A stretch of 63,159 nucleotides of DNA, the filler included, from Pelomyxa schiedti (taxonomy: Eukaryota; Protista; Evosea), in assembly GCA_020536535.1 (NCBI GenBank). It is 7 parts of 7 records of this genome, joined end to end, with 100 filler letters (N's around TTAATTAATTAA, not from the genome) between each part and the next. Parts side by side here need not be neighbours in the genome. Positions count along the whole stretch, not along the records: positions 30,238 to 38,081 come from JAHLWZ010001339.1; positions 38,182 to 39,824 come from JAHLWZ010002360.1; positions 39,925 to 42,327 come from JAHLWZ010002006.1; positions 42,428 to 58,774 come from JAHLWZ010001145.1; 3 more parts are not named here. One strand, 5' to 3'. Shown piece after piece: positions 35,820 through 46,679 of the stretch. Position 1 is the stretch's first letter; every line of letters begins with the position of its first letter. A model generated the notes under the pieces. That model searched no databases and had not been told where the DNA came from. It saw only the letters and a program-made list of their open reading frames with translations. The position numbers and the translations under genes are program-made.

Positions 35820-37040
35820 ATGCTCAACACCACGACAGCCAAGGCACAGGCGATGGCAGTTTGTTTCGCAGCAATTGTGGGAAGACGACGTCGTTCTAAC
35901 ACAGAACTTCCCTGTCCGTCGATGACGGAGTGGGCGCGGTCGCCAGCGTTGGTGAAGCAGTGGGCCGATGACTGGGTCCTCCCCCCATTATGGGACGCAG
36001 CGTTCGCGCTTCCTCTCGTGAGTGCCAACGCAACAGTTTCCCGTCGTGATGAGCGGCATTTTTTGCACGTGAGTGTGTCACTGACACTGGGTGTGTTGTG
36101 TCACTCTTGGTTCACATGCAGTACCCTCGAAGTGGTGTGTGGGTGCATTGGTGACAACAGGGTGCTTGCGCACTCGTTCCGGAGGGGCAGTTGCTTTGAC
36201 ATGGGATACGAAATCAAGGATACAACTGCAGAAGCTTGGGATCAAGGGTGCCTGCCTGAGTCATCCTGCCTGGCGGAATGGGGACAAAGACGGCAGGTAC
36301 TGTGCAACAGGAGGTGGATCATAGGGTGCAACGCCGAGGGCTCCTTGCTTTACATGCGCAGGGTGGTTGGTGGTTCACCTGTTGGGGCTGATGTGCAGGT
36401 GGAGGGCAGGAACCTGATGTGCAGAGTGATTCAGTTCACACCACTGGGTGACGATGTTGTGATGCTCAGAGAACCAGGGTATGAGCAGCACAATGTAGTG
36501 ATGGAGTTTGTTGACTTGGGGGAAAGCTTCAATAAGAAAGAGCTGGTGGTGCTGTTTAAGATTGAGTGTGGGAGAAAGTGGCCACTAGTAACAAAAGGTA
36601 TCACGTGGCTTCCTGATGGATCACCTTGCATTTTGAAGTATCAGGTATTGGAAGATTCCAACAGCTTGACTCCTGAGAAGACTTTCAGGCTTGTTGACCC
36701 CTTCTCAAGAAGTGCAACCCCACTGTGGGAGTTTACTCCGCATCATAAAGCAGTGACCACCCTCAGCAAGAATCATGTGTTTTCCTTTTGTGGAGACACA
36801 AGGTTTGAAGTTTTTCACACAGGTGACCTTGAACACCCTTCACTTCGTGTTCCAAGCACTTGGGCCTCTGCTTTTCAAACAGGCCTCATCCTTTCCACAT
36901 CACACCTGAACAACACTTGTGGAGGAGGAGGAGGCACAAGCACTGAGATCCAGTTCTCACTGCATGATGGTGTCACTGGATTCCACATTGGTGTTTTCTG
37001 TCTGCCACTAAAGAGCAATCTGAAATTCTACACTTCTTAA
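35820..37040 (+). CDS. Subfamily D copy, intronless, 406 aa
   Basis: Close paralogue of 30374-31591. Confidence 0.9.
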   Translation: MLNTTTAKAQAMAVCFAAIVGRRRRSNTELPCPSMTEWARSPALVKQWADDWVLPPLWDAAFALPLVSANATVSRRDERHFLHVSVSLTLGVLCHSWFTCSTLEVVCGCIGDNRVLAHSFRRGSCFDMGYEIKDTTAEAWDQGCLPESSCLAEWGQRRQVLCNRRWIIGCNAEGSLLYMRRVVGGSPVGADVQVEGRNLMCRVIQFTPLGDDVVMLREPGYEQHNVVMEFVDLGESFNKKELVVLFKIECGRKWPLVTKGITWLPDGSPCILKYQVLEDSNSLTPEKTFRLVDPFSRSATPLWEFTPHHKAVTTLSKNHVFSFCGDTRFEVFHTGDLEHPSLRVPSTWASAFQTGLILSTSHLNNTCGGGGGTSTEIQFSLHDGVTGFHIGVFCLPLKSNLKFYTS

Positions 37041-37769
37041 AATTTGGGACTCACACTAGGGGCTTTTTGGTACAAAAAACGAAAATCTGGTCCAGGGGAA
37101 AAAAATCTGGTCCGGAAAAAAAATACCTGTGGTTTTATCACAGGGTGTGAGGCATGTTAGCTTCTGTGGGCTCGAGAATAAGTCCCACAGAGGAAGAAAA
37201 CGAGTGAGAGTGAAGAGAATAAAGAGGGTTCTCTTGTTTGTTTGGTCGTTGTTGTAAAGGGGATAAAAAGGGAGTGTGTAAAATCTCGCAGAGCGGTTGT
37301 GCGATTGGGTTAAAAGGCTGCGATGTTCAAATGGATTCTCGGACAAGTGTGCATGTAATCAAAACCGCCTGCCGCGTTGTTGTTGCTGTATTTGTGCGCC
37401 CAGCTGCGCTGTGCGCTGATCAGAACCTTCGCTGTCTCATTCTGGTAATCGTCCAGATTCGGCTCAGTCCTCAGTCTCTCCAATCATCCCGTTAAAGTTT
37501 GCCAGACTTCAGAGCCTCGCGAGCAAGGCCGAGTTCGTGTACTTTGTGGAAGTACACAGGCATGTGGTTGTCAGAGCTTGTTGTAACATGGACAACTAAA
37601 TATCCTGCACAGTCCTGGTGAGCACTTTTACACCCCGGTTTTTGCCCCTTTTAGCAACAATTTTCTTCAAAAATCCGTCTCTCTGTGGGGTTAAAACCGT
37701 CATCACAGAACCCTTTTCTTCTTGTTTCCTCTGGCACAAGTGTTAAAACCGTTATTCGTCATGCAACTG

Positions 37770-37975
37770 GTGACTGGCAATCAGGCCTCATTCTTTCAAC
37801 TTCGCATATGAGCCACTCCAATCATCACCATCACCACCATCATCACAGTCAAGGAGCTACAGAAATTCATTTCGCAATGTATGATGGGGTCACTGGCTGT
37901 CACATTGGTGTGTTCTGCCCCCCACCCCCAGATCATCTCAGATTTGAAGCTTTAAATCTTCTTTTTAACCATTAA
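37770..37975 (+). pseudogene. Isolated C-terminal fragment of subfamily D
   Basis: QSGLILSTSH..TEIHFAMYDGVTGCHIGVF with no upstream body. Confidence 0.75.
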
Positions 37976-38050
37976 TTGAAAAAGCAGTGAATTTGAGATA
38001 ATTCTGCAGTGGCTGACTGAACACACCAATGTGACAGCCAGTTGTATCCC
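37971..38050 (-). other. Convergent C-terminal fragment of another subfamily D copy, cut at the contig end
   Basis: The minus strand reads DTTGCHIGVFSQPLQNYLKF. Confidence 0.65.
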
Positions 38051-39118
38051 ACGTGGGATACACGTTGTACCGTCCATTGGTNNNNNNNNNNNNNNNNNNN
38101 NNNNNNNNNNNNNNNNNNNNNNNNNTTAATTAATTAANNNNNNNNNNNNNNNNNNNNNNNNNNNNNNNNNNNNNNNNNNNNCAAACAAATACGCTTCGCC
38201 GTTTACATAAGTTGATGCGAAGTGAACAGTGAACCAGACAGTAATCTTGTCCTCGCTTTTGTATTTGAAGAAACTTGAGCTGGCTGAAGAGAGTTCGGTA
38301 TTAGGATGATAGCTAAGAAGTTGTTTTTTTTTGTGCAGTGTATTGTATTGATCTCGTGAGTTCCTAGTATTAAAAGAAACAGGGATTAATAATAGGTAAT
38401 TGAGGAACGGAGGATCTACATGACAAAATGATGACCAACAAGCGGCCGACACCCTTTTATTTCTTTTCTTGTCTGAAACAGGGAGATTGCCGCACATGCA
38501 CCCGGCCCCTGGAAATAAGATCGCGAAGCTCCACCCCCGCACGTCCCAAGATCTCGTACGCGTTATTGTCGTCTACAACACCCAGAGGATTTCTTTGCGA
38601 GGCACCTGCGCCCAGACACGAATAAATTCAAACTGCGATGTTTTGATCTGGTCCAGGAGGAGACCTTGCAACCTTGAAATAGGTTGCCCCAAGGGGGAAC
38701 CTGGAAATATACCCTCAATCACCAGGGCGTCCATTTCTGAGAGCCTCCTGAGGAGTCACTTTCAGCTTCCATTTATGGAATAGATCGAGGAATAGAAAAG
38801 ACACCTGGCTTCTCTTTTCATCTTCAAGGCAACTGAAGCAACTGAGAAAATTCGTTTCGACACGTCGAAATTGGATTTATAAGGGTCGTTGATCGCAAAA
38901 AGTTCATAAAAAAAACAAAACTCAATACACGAGTTGAGAAGAAAAATACACACCACACAAAAGAGAAGAAAAGAGGGGGAGAGTGAGTGTGGAATGCAGT
39001 GTGCGTCATAAGAGGGCAGCCAACCAAGCAAGCAAGCAGCCAACGACAACAAGCAAGGCATTGTTCTTCCCATCTCTCTTTTTTTTTTTTTTGTTTTGTG
39101 TTTTTTTCTTTCTTCTCG

Positions 39119-39300
39119 TTTTCTCGTTTCGTGGGGAGTGTTACCCTGCACTGGGAATGCTACCCCCTTTTGTTTTTCCTCTCGTTTTCTCATTTTGTGG
39201 GGAGTGTTACCCTGCACTGGGAATGCTACCCCCTTTGTTTTTTTCTTTCTTCTCGTTTCGTGGGGAGTGTTACCCTGCACTGGGAATGCTACCCCCTTTT
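39119..39300. repeat. Three identical ~36-nt cores (GTGGGGAGTGTTACCCTGCACTGGGAATGCTACCCC) separated by T-rich spacers
   Basis: Cores start at 39131, 39197 and 39260 (periods 66 and 63). Confidence 0.92.
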
Positions 39301-40114
39301 TTGTTTGGTTTTTTCTTCTCGTTTCCTTCGTCACTGCATTGCAGGGTAACCGGCTCCGGACAATACAATCGAATAATAAATTTTTCTTCTTCCACATGAT
39401 TTTTCTTTTTTTCTTTTGTCGGGGGGGGGTGTGCCAGCAATGCCCTGCGCCCTTGTGTGCGTGTGTGTTCTGGCCACAATTTCGAAAAAACAACCTGCAC
39501 AACACAAGTCAGCAGCAGCAGCAGTCGAGTCGTGCGGCGGGCCGAGCGGTGTGACACCCTGCATGCAGCGTGGTCACAGCTGCGCGATCTGGATCTGGAT
39601 CTCTCGTGTCGCTGTTATATGGCGTAGACAACAACATGTGTATGTGTTATGCGCACAGCACGCAAAAAATGACTGACTTCAACAGTCACCACAAGAGCAC
39701 ACACCACACACACACGCCGCTTGTTTTCCAATTGTGCAAATCCAAGCAATTCGTGATGTGCTGTGTGCGGCAGACATACCTTTATTTCACCTTCCCAAGT
39801 GCAGCTCACACAGTGTAACCAGAGNNNNNNNNNNNNNNNNNNNNNNNNNNNNNNNNNNNNNNNNNNNNTTAATTAATTAANNNNNNNNNNNNNNNNNNNN
39901 NNNNNNNNNNNNNNNNNNNNNNNNATCGCCGACTCACCAGCTTCAGAGCACAGCCTCCTCACCTCTTTTGTTTGTTGTTAAAAAAAGAAAGCGCAGTCCC
40001 ATCAAATTATACACTCTTTATCTTCTCATTGTAATTTCAATTAAATTTTTTTGATCAAACTATTTATTTCTGGATACATTGATTTCTTGATTTTGTATTT
40101 ATTTTGGATTAATA

Positions 40115-42327
40115 TTATTCCGATAAATAAAGAGAAAGAGAAGCAAGCAAACCAGCGACATCAGGAGGCGAAAGGGTCCTCATCGCTTCACCCAAGAAAT
40201 TTGCTTGCATGTGTAAAGGGAGCTTGTCAAGCGTGGATTCAACAATGTCGCCGTTGATCATCTCTGCCATGAGCATTCCAAACCCCCACAAATCCCCTGT
40301 GTATATTGTGTAAAAATTAAAGGAGCAAGTGGGTGAAGACCACACCCTCGATTGCGTAGTTGGTTGTGAACATCTGTGGTGCCATGTGTACCGTGGTTCC
40401 AGGAACAATGGTTTGTGGACCACTCTTAAGGGATTGCATTCCGCGGGATACTCCTGTTGGATGTGGTTGGCATGTGTCAGTCAGCAAAAGAAAGAAATAA
40501 TTGTGTTGGGATGGAAAAACACCGAAGTCACAAATCTTTGGAACTCCATTCGAGTCGAAAAGAACATTGTTGCTGCTCAAATCTCGGTGCATGATGTTCT
40601 GCCTGTTGTGAGTCAGAGTGAGTGACTCATAAGTTGTTGTTGTTGGTTTTGTTTCGTTGGATTTACACCTGTGGAGGCTGTCCATTCCATTGGCAACGCC
40701 AAGTGAGATAGAGACAAATTGTTTGAAGTCAAGTCGTTGCTTCATTGAATCACTCCTCACATGCTTCAGAAGCTGTCTGAGACTGCAACACATGAGCTCG
40801 GAAACAATCAACAGTTTCCCTGCTATTGTTGTGCATGTTCCAAGGCACTTCACAATGTTGGGGTGCCTCAATCCACTCACGATCTGTGTGTTTGTTTGTT
40901 TGTGTCAATTTGATCTGGGGTGAATCTAAGTTGAAAAAGAAAACCTCAGCTTCCAATCTGAATCTCTCAACGTTGTGTGGTGATGCAATCACCTCAAAGA
41001 GTGCTTTCACAGCAACTTCCTTCAACGATGGAGTGTGGATGTACTTGTAAACAGTTCCGTAACACCCGCTCCCCAGTGTGGAAACATGGCTCAGATCAGA
41101 CTCCACTATTGCCATCACTGGTTTCATCCTCACCTTCACTTGTGCCACTGCTGTGTTGCTTGCTTCCTCTTCTTCCTCTTTTCCTTTTTTTGTTGTTGGA
41201 CTGGGATGGCAAAACAGGGGACAACAAACCTGATGATGACAATGCAGTGGATTGTGGGAGAAGAGAGAACAACTGAGAAAGTGTCGATGAAGTTTCAGAG
41301 AGTGACACTTCCCGTGAGGCACCAACCAAAAAGGTGACCTGTTGGTTTTCATCCACCCCAAATCGCTTCTCAACTTCCATTCTCACAATCTGATGTGTTT
41401 TTGGCATTGGTGGAAGAAGCTCTTCTGATTTGAGTCATTGATTACCTTGTCAAGAGGGCACCTTGTGCAAAAAGATTCATGAAATGTGATGTTGTGTCTT
41501 TCCAGTGTGACTGACAATGCTTTCATCACACACTTGTTGTTTGTGTTTTCTGGACAGCTTGTTTTGACCCACATCCCCTTTTGAAGGTGCTGCAACGTGT
41601 GTTCAAAATCTGATTGAGATTTGTGGTGTTGGTTGGAAACTGTGGGGGCGGAAAAAAAAGGCACATACACTCCTCTTGATCCATGAACTGTTTTGTTTGC
41701 AGTCCCATCACTTGTGGTTTTTATGGAATCATACATTAAGTTGAAATGGAAACTTTCAGAGGAAACACACATTCTGTTTGCTCCTCAAATTTGTTTTGAA
41801 GAACCTGCAGTCCCTCCCTTGTTCTTTTTATTTCCAGCAATGTTTCCTCTTTTTCTTTTGACATATTTTTCAGCTTGTTGTTTAACTCCACTATTTGTAT
41901 GTCCGTTACTGTACAAGAGATTAAAAAACCAAAAGTGCACTGTCATACTGGTTTTTTGTTGTTCAAACTCTTTGCACCGAATTTGAAAGTCTGTCCAGAC
42001 AGTGAAATAAGGCAGAAGAAAATAAAAAACTACACACACTCAGTTTGGTCATTAATCTTCTTCTGAAGGTCTTCGCAGGTCTTTGTTGATTTCAACAAGG
42101 CCTCTTGTTTTTCTTTTGACTGTTGTTCAACTTTGGCTTCAAGCTCCTTGAGCTCTCTTTCCAGGATTCTTGTTTTTTCCTGGATACATAAATACTGTTT
42201 AGGAACACAAGAAGTAAAACACCTCCAATTGAATGTCACCATATCCAATGTGACAGCACATGCCTCTCCCACCACCACATTTCGTTTCTTGGAAATCATT
42301 CTCCTTGAAAGTCCCAACAAGTGTGAT
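40115..42327 (-). CDS. TKL-type protein kinase with N-terminal coiled coil; partial, possibly a pseudogene
   Basis: LGSGCYGTVY, VAVK, LRHPNIV, HRDLSSNN, DFG, MAPQ, DLWGFG. The 5' end is cut by the gap and the last kinase subdomains are not seen. Confidence 0.75.
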
Positions 42328-42427
42328 NNNNNNNNNNNNNNNNNNNNNNNNNNNNNNNNNNNNNNNNNNNNTTAATTAATTAANNNNNNNNNNNNNNNNN
42401 NNNNNNNNNNNNNNNNNNNNNNNNNNN

Positions 42428-43079
42428 CGCCGCTGATTTCATCCCGCACCTGCCACAACAACGTGGCGGCGTCGTCGGTGTGCATGCGAGCGCGAGGGCG
42501 CCGACTTGACCGCGGACCAGCTGGCCAACCACGTGGCATACAAGAGGTAGTGGCAGGCTTTGACCCAGCATAGGGGGTTTGGAAGCTTCCGTGGGTCGAT
42601 CAGCTCAGCTTTTCCAACAGTGTGATGTCCCATTCTCTGAACACCAGCACTCCACAGTCCGCAGGGGCGTCTGTGGTCGGCAACTCAGACATCACTCCAT
42701 TCCTCTTAGAGTTGAAGCATTCAGAGGCGGGCACATTGAAGTTGCTGAATGGATCACAAGAAACGTGGATGATGTCATCATCAAGTCGTTGATTGTGAAG
42801 CACTTCTACCCTGCAGAATTGGCGGGACACAGTGGAAAGCTTGCTGTGGTGAAGTGGTACTTTGGAATGTTTCCTGGGAGGAAACATCTGGTGATGGTCA
42901 GTTTCCGAAAAACAAGCAGTTATGAGTGCATTGAGGGGTGCAAGTGGCTTGTTGCACAGTTCCCATCACTCAAATTGAACTGTTTCAGTGGTTGTAGGCA
43001 CAAGAAGACTCTGAGATGGCTCCTTGAAAGTGGTGTTGTCATTTTTGGGGTACCGTATGTTGGGACACCTTCGTTCTAG
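42428..43079 (+). pseudogene. Degenerate ankyrin-like helical repeat fragment
   Basis: AFRGGHIEVAEWI, AGHSGKLAVVKW, KKTLRWLLESG. The 5' end is cut by the gap and the 3' end runs into short repeats. Confidence 0.55.
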
Positions 43080-43163
43080 AAAACTTTCGTTGCCAAAAAC
43101 TTTCGTTGTCGAAAACTTTTGTTGCGAAAACGTGCGTTGGTAAAAAAGTTCGTTCGGAATGTT

Positions 43164-44418
43164 TCAAGAAAAAAAAGAGGTGGTTCTATCGAGATCCACA
43201 AGGTTGTTGCCAGGAGCAAGGAAGCTGACAGAGGCAAAGGCAACACCTGACGACGCTTCAATCACTTTCAGGCTCTTCCTGTCTGATTCATCCACGGTAA
43301 AAACAAGTCCACCACCTGCAAGGTACCTCTTCACATGCTTTATCCCTCTCACGCCTACCACGGAGATGTCATCGCAATCCAGGATTTTAAGTACACTCCC
43401 ATCATCCTCCACTAGAACATTACATGGATAATAGACTGAGAACAGTGACTTGCTCAACTGTGACACAAGTGGGTGGTTGTACCAGCTTGGCACATGATAA
43501 AGAATCTCAGCAGTGCCATCAGACTTCACAGAAAAAACAAATCTGCCAGAGCCAAACACAGTGGCACAGAACTTCTCGACAATGAACACGTTTTGCCCAC
43601 GCTTGTTCTCCATCACAATGACAGACACAGGGCCGTCATCATACTTATTCTGTGGATCACAGACAGGTGGAAATGTGCAGGATGTTGTGCTCATCACCTG
43701 CAGTGTTTTTGTTTCACAGGTTTTGGCAACATCGATGATGACCAGGTCCGTGCTTGGAGTTTGTTGTTGACAGGTGATTAGCATCACTGCCTGTGATGGG
43801 ATTACGTTGCTCAGGTTGAAGGATTTGATAGTGCGACGGTAACAGTGAGGAAGTGGAATTGAAGCAGGCATTGCCCCCTTCTCTGCCAGGTTTGTGACAT
43901 GTAATCAGGAACTCGTCGTTCGCCGCACACACCGTTTCCAGCTCACAACCTAATTGCTTTCTTACAAGCCACACACCCCTTGGAGTCTCCCTCACCACGC
44001 ACAGGCTGGTCACTCCCAACAACAGCGGCAGCAGCTCAATCCTGACAGTGCACCACACTCCACCATCACCACTACGACCATTCCTGTCATTCACAGAACC
44101 CACAAGTGCATCCACGACAAAAACCCTCTTGGATTCTCGCATCCAGTCCCACAAGTGCCTCACCGCGTCAGTTCCCCCAAACACCCTCGCCAACTGCGAA
44201 TATCTCCCGCACCTCGCCGAGTGGGTTCCAATCAAAAGGGCACCAAATTGGTCGCATGCCCACTGGCCAGTCTGGAGGTCGAGTGCACCAAGCCACGTTG
44301 GTTTGGGAGTCGAAGTGGTTGTGGTAGTTACTGCTGGCTTGAATGTGGATGTGGTTTTGGTGGAGGTGTTGTTGAACCTTGGTTTTTTGTTCGTGGGTGG
44401 TGCTGGTTCGTCTGACAT
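43164..44418 (-). pseudogene. Subfamily E copy with frameshifting internal deletion
   Basis: Near-identical to 45102-46409, but the GVNRQW segment is missing at ~43900, splitting it into two ORFs. Confidence 0.8.
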
Positions 44419-44760
44419 CGTTTCTTTGTTCGTTGTTTCTTTCTTGTGGTTAATGCAACCTTTATTAAATAATCGCTACAGTCTTTACCAAAGCCGCTTG
44501 GGCCATTTTTGTTTTCAAGTTGTAACAAAGCCGTGTTACAAGTAGCGTTTTTCCCGCTTCGCCGAATCACATCAATTGATGATTGGTGATGTGATGATTG
44601 GATTTCCCCTACTTTTGGCACACAAACAAGCGTTTTTTGTTATCATGGCCAGCAATGCTCCTCCCTTCTCCCGTTTGTTCTATCAGCAGTCACAGTCACA
44701 TCACCACACACATTAGCAGAAAATAAGAGAACGATCCTTTTCCTCTTTACCGACTTCAAG

Positions 44761-45046
44761 CGGGCCCCCTCACTGTAATTAATTCCTCTAAAAAATTTTC
44801 TAGATGGAGTTGTTGCGTCACAGTTCAATGCAAGGTCGCACTGTATGATTTGGAAAAAAAAGTCCTTTCTCTGAACAAATCCTATGGAGTCACGCGTCAC
44901 AGTTCAATGCAAGGTCGCAACAACTCCACAAAGAAAGAAAAAAAATGCTGGGTGTTAATGGAATGATCACAGTCTTACTCAGGAAGCAGATCTCCACCAC
45001 CAGGGTGACCAAAAAATGAAAGAAAATAAAAGAGTGAGGGGGCCCG
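44761..45046. mobile_element. 286-bp MITE with 14-bp perfect TIRs and an 8-bp TSD (hAT-like)
   Basis: CGGGCCCCCTCACT at 44761-44774 and AGTGAGGGGGCCCG at 45033-45046. ACTTCAAG flanks both sides (44753-44760, 45047-45054). Internal 26-bp direct repeat at 44815-44840 and 44894-44919. Confidence 0.85.
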
Positions 45047-45101
45047 ACTTCAAGGGGTTTGTATTACAGTAGTCGAAGGGAGTGCCAGGTGTGTGGTTGT
45101 T

Positions 45102-46409
45102 TCAAGAAAAAAAAGAGGTGGTTCTATCGAGATCCACAAGGTTGTTGCCAGGAGCAAGGAAGCTGACAGAGGCAAAGGCAACACCTGACGACGCTTCAAT
45201 CACTTTCAGGCTCTTCCTGTCTGATTCATCCACGGTAAAAACAAGTCCACCACCTGCAAGGTACCTCTTCACACGCTTGATCCCTCTCACTCCCACCGCG
45301 GAGATGTCATTGCAGTCCAGGATGTTAAGTACACTCCCCCAGTCATCCGACGGTTGTGCACGAGATGGATAATAGACTGAGAACAGTGACTTGCTCAACT
45401 GTGACACAAGTGGGCGCTTGTACCAGTTCGGCACATGATAAAGAATCTCAGCAGTGCCATCAGACTGCACATAAAAAACAAATCTGCCAGAGCCAGCATG
45501 GAAAATCTCAACAATGAACACGTTTTGCCCACGCTTGTTCTCCATCACAATGACAGACACTGGCTCATCATCATCCTCCTCATTCTGGGGATCACAGACA
45601 GGTGGAAATTTGCAGCGCGTTGTGCTCACCACCTGCAGTGTTTTTGTTTCCCAGGTTTTGGCGATATCAATGACGACCAGGTCTGTTTGTTGTTGACAGC
45701 TCGTTAGCATCACTGCCTGTGATGGGATTACTTTGCTCGGGTTAATGGATTGGATGCTGCGGTAACAGCGAGGAAGAGGAATTGCAGCAGGCCTGGTCCC
45801 CTTCTCTGCCAAGTTTGTCACAAATAATGCAAGTGCGTTCCACCTCACCGACCACTGCCTGTTCACACCAGAGGAGACTCCAAAACATTCGCCATGATCT
45901 CGATTCAGGAACGTGGCGTCGTTCAGTGCCCACCCCATTTCCGGCTCACAGCCGAATTGCTTTCTTACAAGCCATATGCCCCTCTGGGCCTCCCTCACCA
46001 CACACAGGCTGGTGACTCCCAACAACAGCGGCAGCAGCTCAATCCTGACAGTGCGCAGCACTCCACGACGACCATTCCTGTCATTCCCAGAACCCACAAG
46101 TGCATCCACGACAAACACCCTCTTGGATTCCAACATCCAGTCCCACAAGTGCCTCACCGCGTCGGTTCCCCCAAACACCCTCGCCAACTGTGAATATCTC
46201 CCGCACCTCGCCGAGTGGGTTCCAATCAAGAGAGCACCAAATTGGTCGCATGCCCACTGGCCAGTCTGGAGGCCGAGGGCACCAAGCCACGTTGGTTTGG
46301 GAGTCGAAGTGGTTGGGGTTGTGGTAGTTACTGCTGGCTTGAATGTGGATGTGGAGGTGTTGTTGAACCTTGGTTTTTTGTTCGTGGGTGGTGCTGGTTC
46401 GTCTGACAT
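45102..46409 (-). CDS. Uncharacterised superfamily, subfamily E, intronless 435 aa
   Basis: CDQFGALLIGTHSARCGRYS, LWDWML, LLPLLLGV, GVNRQW, IDIAKTW, IEASSG. The N-terminal NKKPR is a possible NLS. Confidence 0.88.
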   Translation of the reverse strand: MSDEPAPPTNKKPRFNNTSTSTFKPAVTTTTPTTSTPKPTWLGALGLQTGQWACDQFGALLIGTHSARCGRYSQLARVFGGTDAVRHLWDWMLESKRVFVVDALVGSGNDRNGRRGVLRTVRIELLPLLLGVTSLCVVREAQRGIWLVRKQFGCEPEMGWALNDATFLNRDHGECFGVSSGVNRQWSVRWNALALFVTNLAEKGTRPAAIPLPRCYRSIQSINPSKVIPSQAVMLTSCQQQTDLVVIDIAKTWETKTLQVVSTTRCKFPPVCDPQNEEDDDEPVSVIVMENKRGQNVFIVEIFHAGSGRFVFYVQSDGTAEILYHVPNWYKRPLVSQLSKSLFSVYYPSRAQPSDDWGSVLNILDCNDISAVGVRGIKRVKRYLAGGGLVFTVDESDRKSLKVIEASSGVAFASVSFLAPGNNLVDLDRTTSFFS

Positions 46410-46679
46410 CGTTTCTTTGTTTGTTGTTGTTTTGTGGTTTTGGGTTTTTTTGTTTGTTGTGCAGGTTATTACAACGCTGAATTAAATAATTGCTCCGGTC
46501 TTTACCAAAGCCGCTTAGGCCATTTTTTTTCCAAGTTGCGACAAGGCGGTGTTACAAGTAGCGTTTTTCTCTTTTTTCGCCGAATTTCATCAATGATTGG
46601 TTTTCCCCTAAGGTCTCACTTGGTGTTGTTTGTTGCCAAGGGCTGTTGCCAGCGTTACCCCTCAACCTGAAGAGTAACA

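Noticed and set aside
37056-37760. Possible transposon with AAAATCTGGTCC subterminal repeats
   Set aside because: I could not find a matching opposite TIR or a TSD.
38043-38062. Perfect 20-bp palindrome TGTATCCCACGTGGGATACA
   Set aside because: It lies at a contig end where a coding fragment breaks off, most simply a fold-back amplification or assembly artefact.
39119-39300. CRISPR-like repeat and spacer pattern
   Set aside because: The spacers resemble one another and are T-rich, there are only three units, no cas genes are present and the context is eukaryotic.
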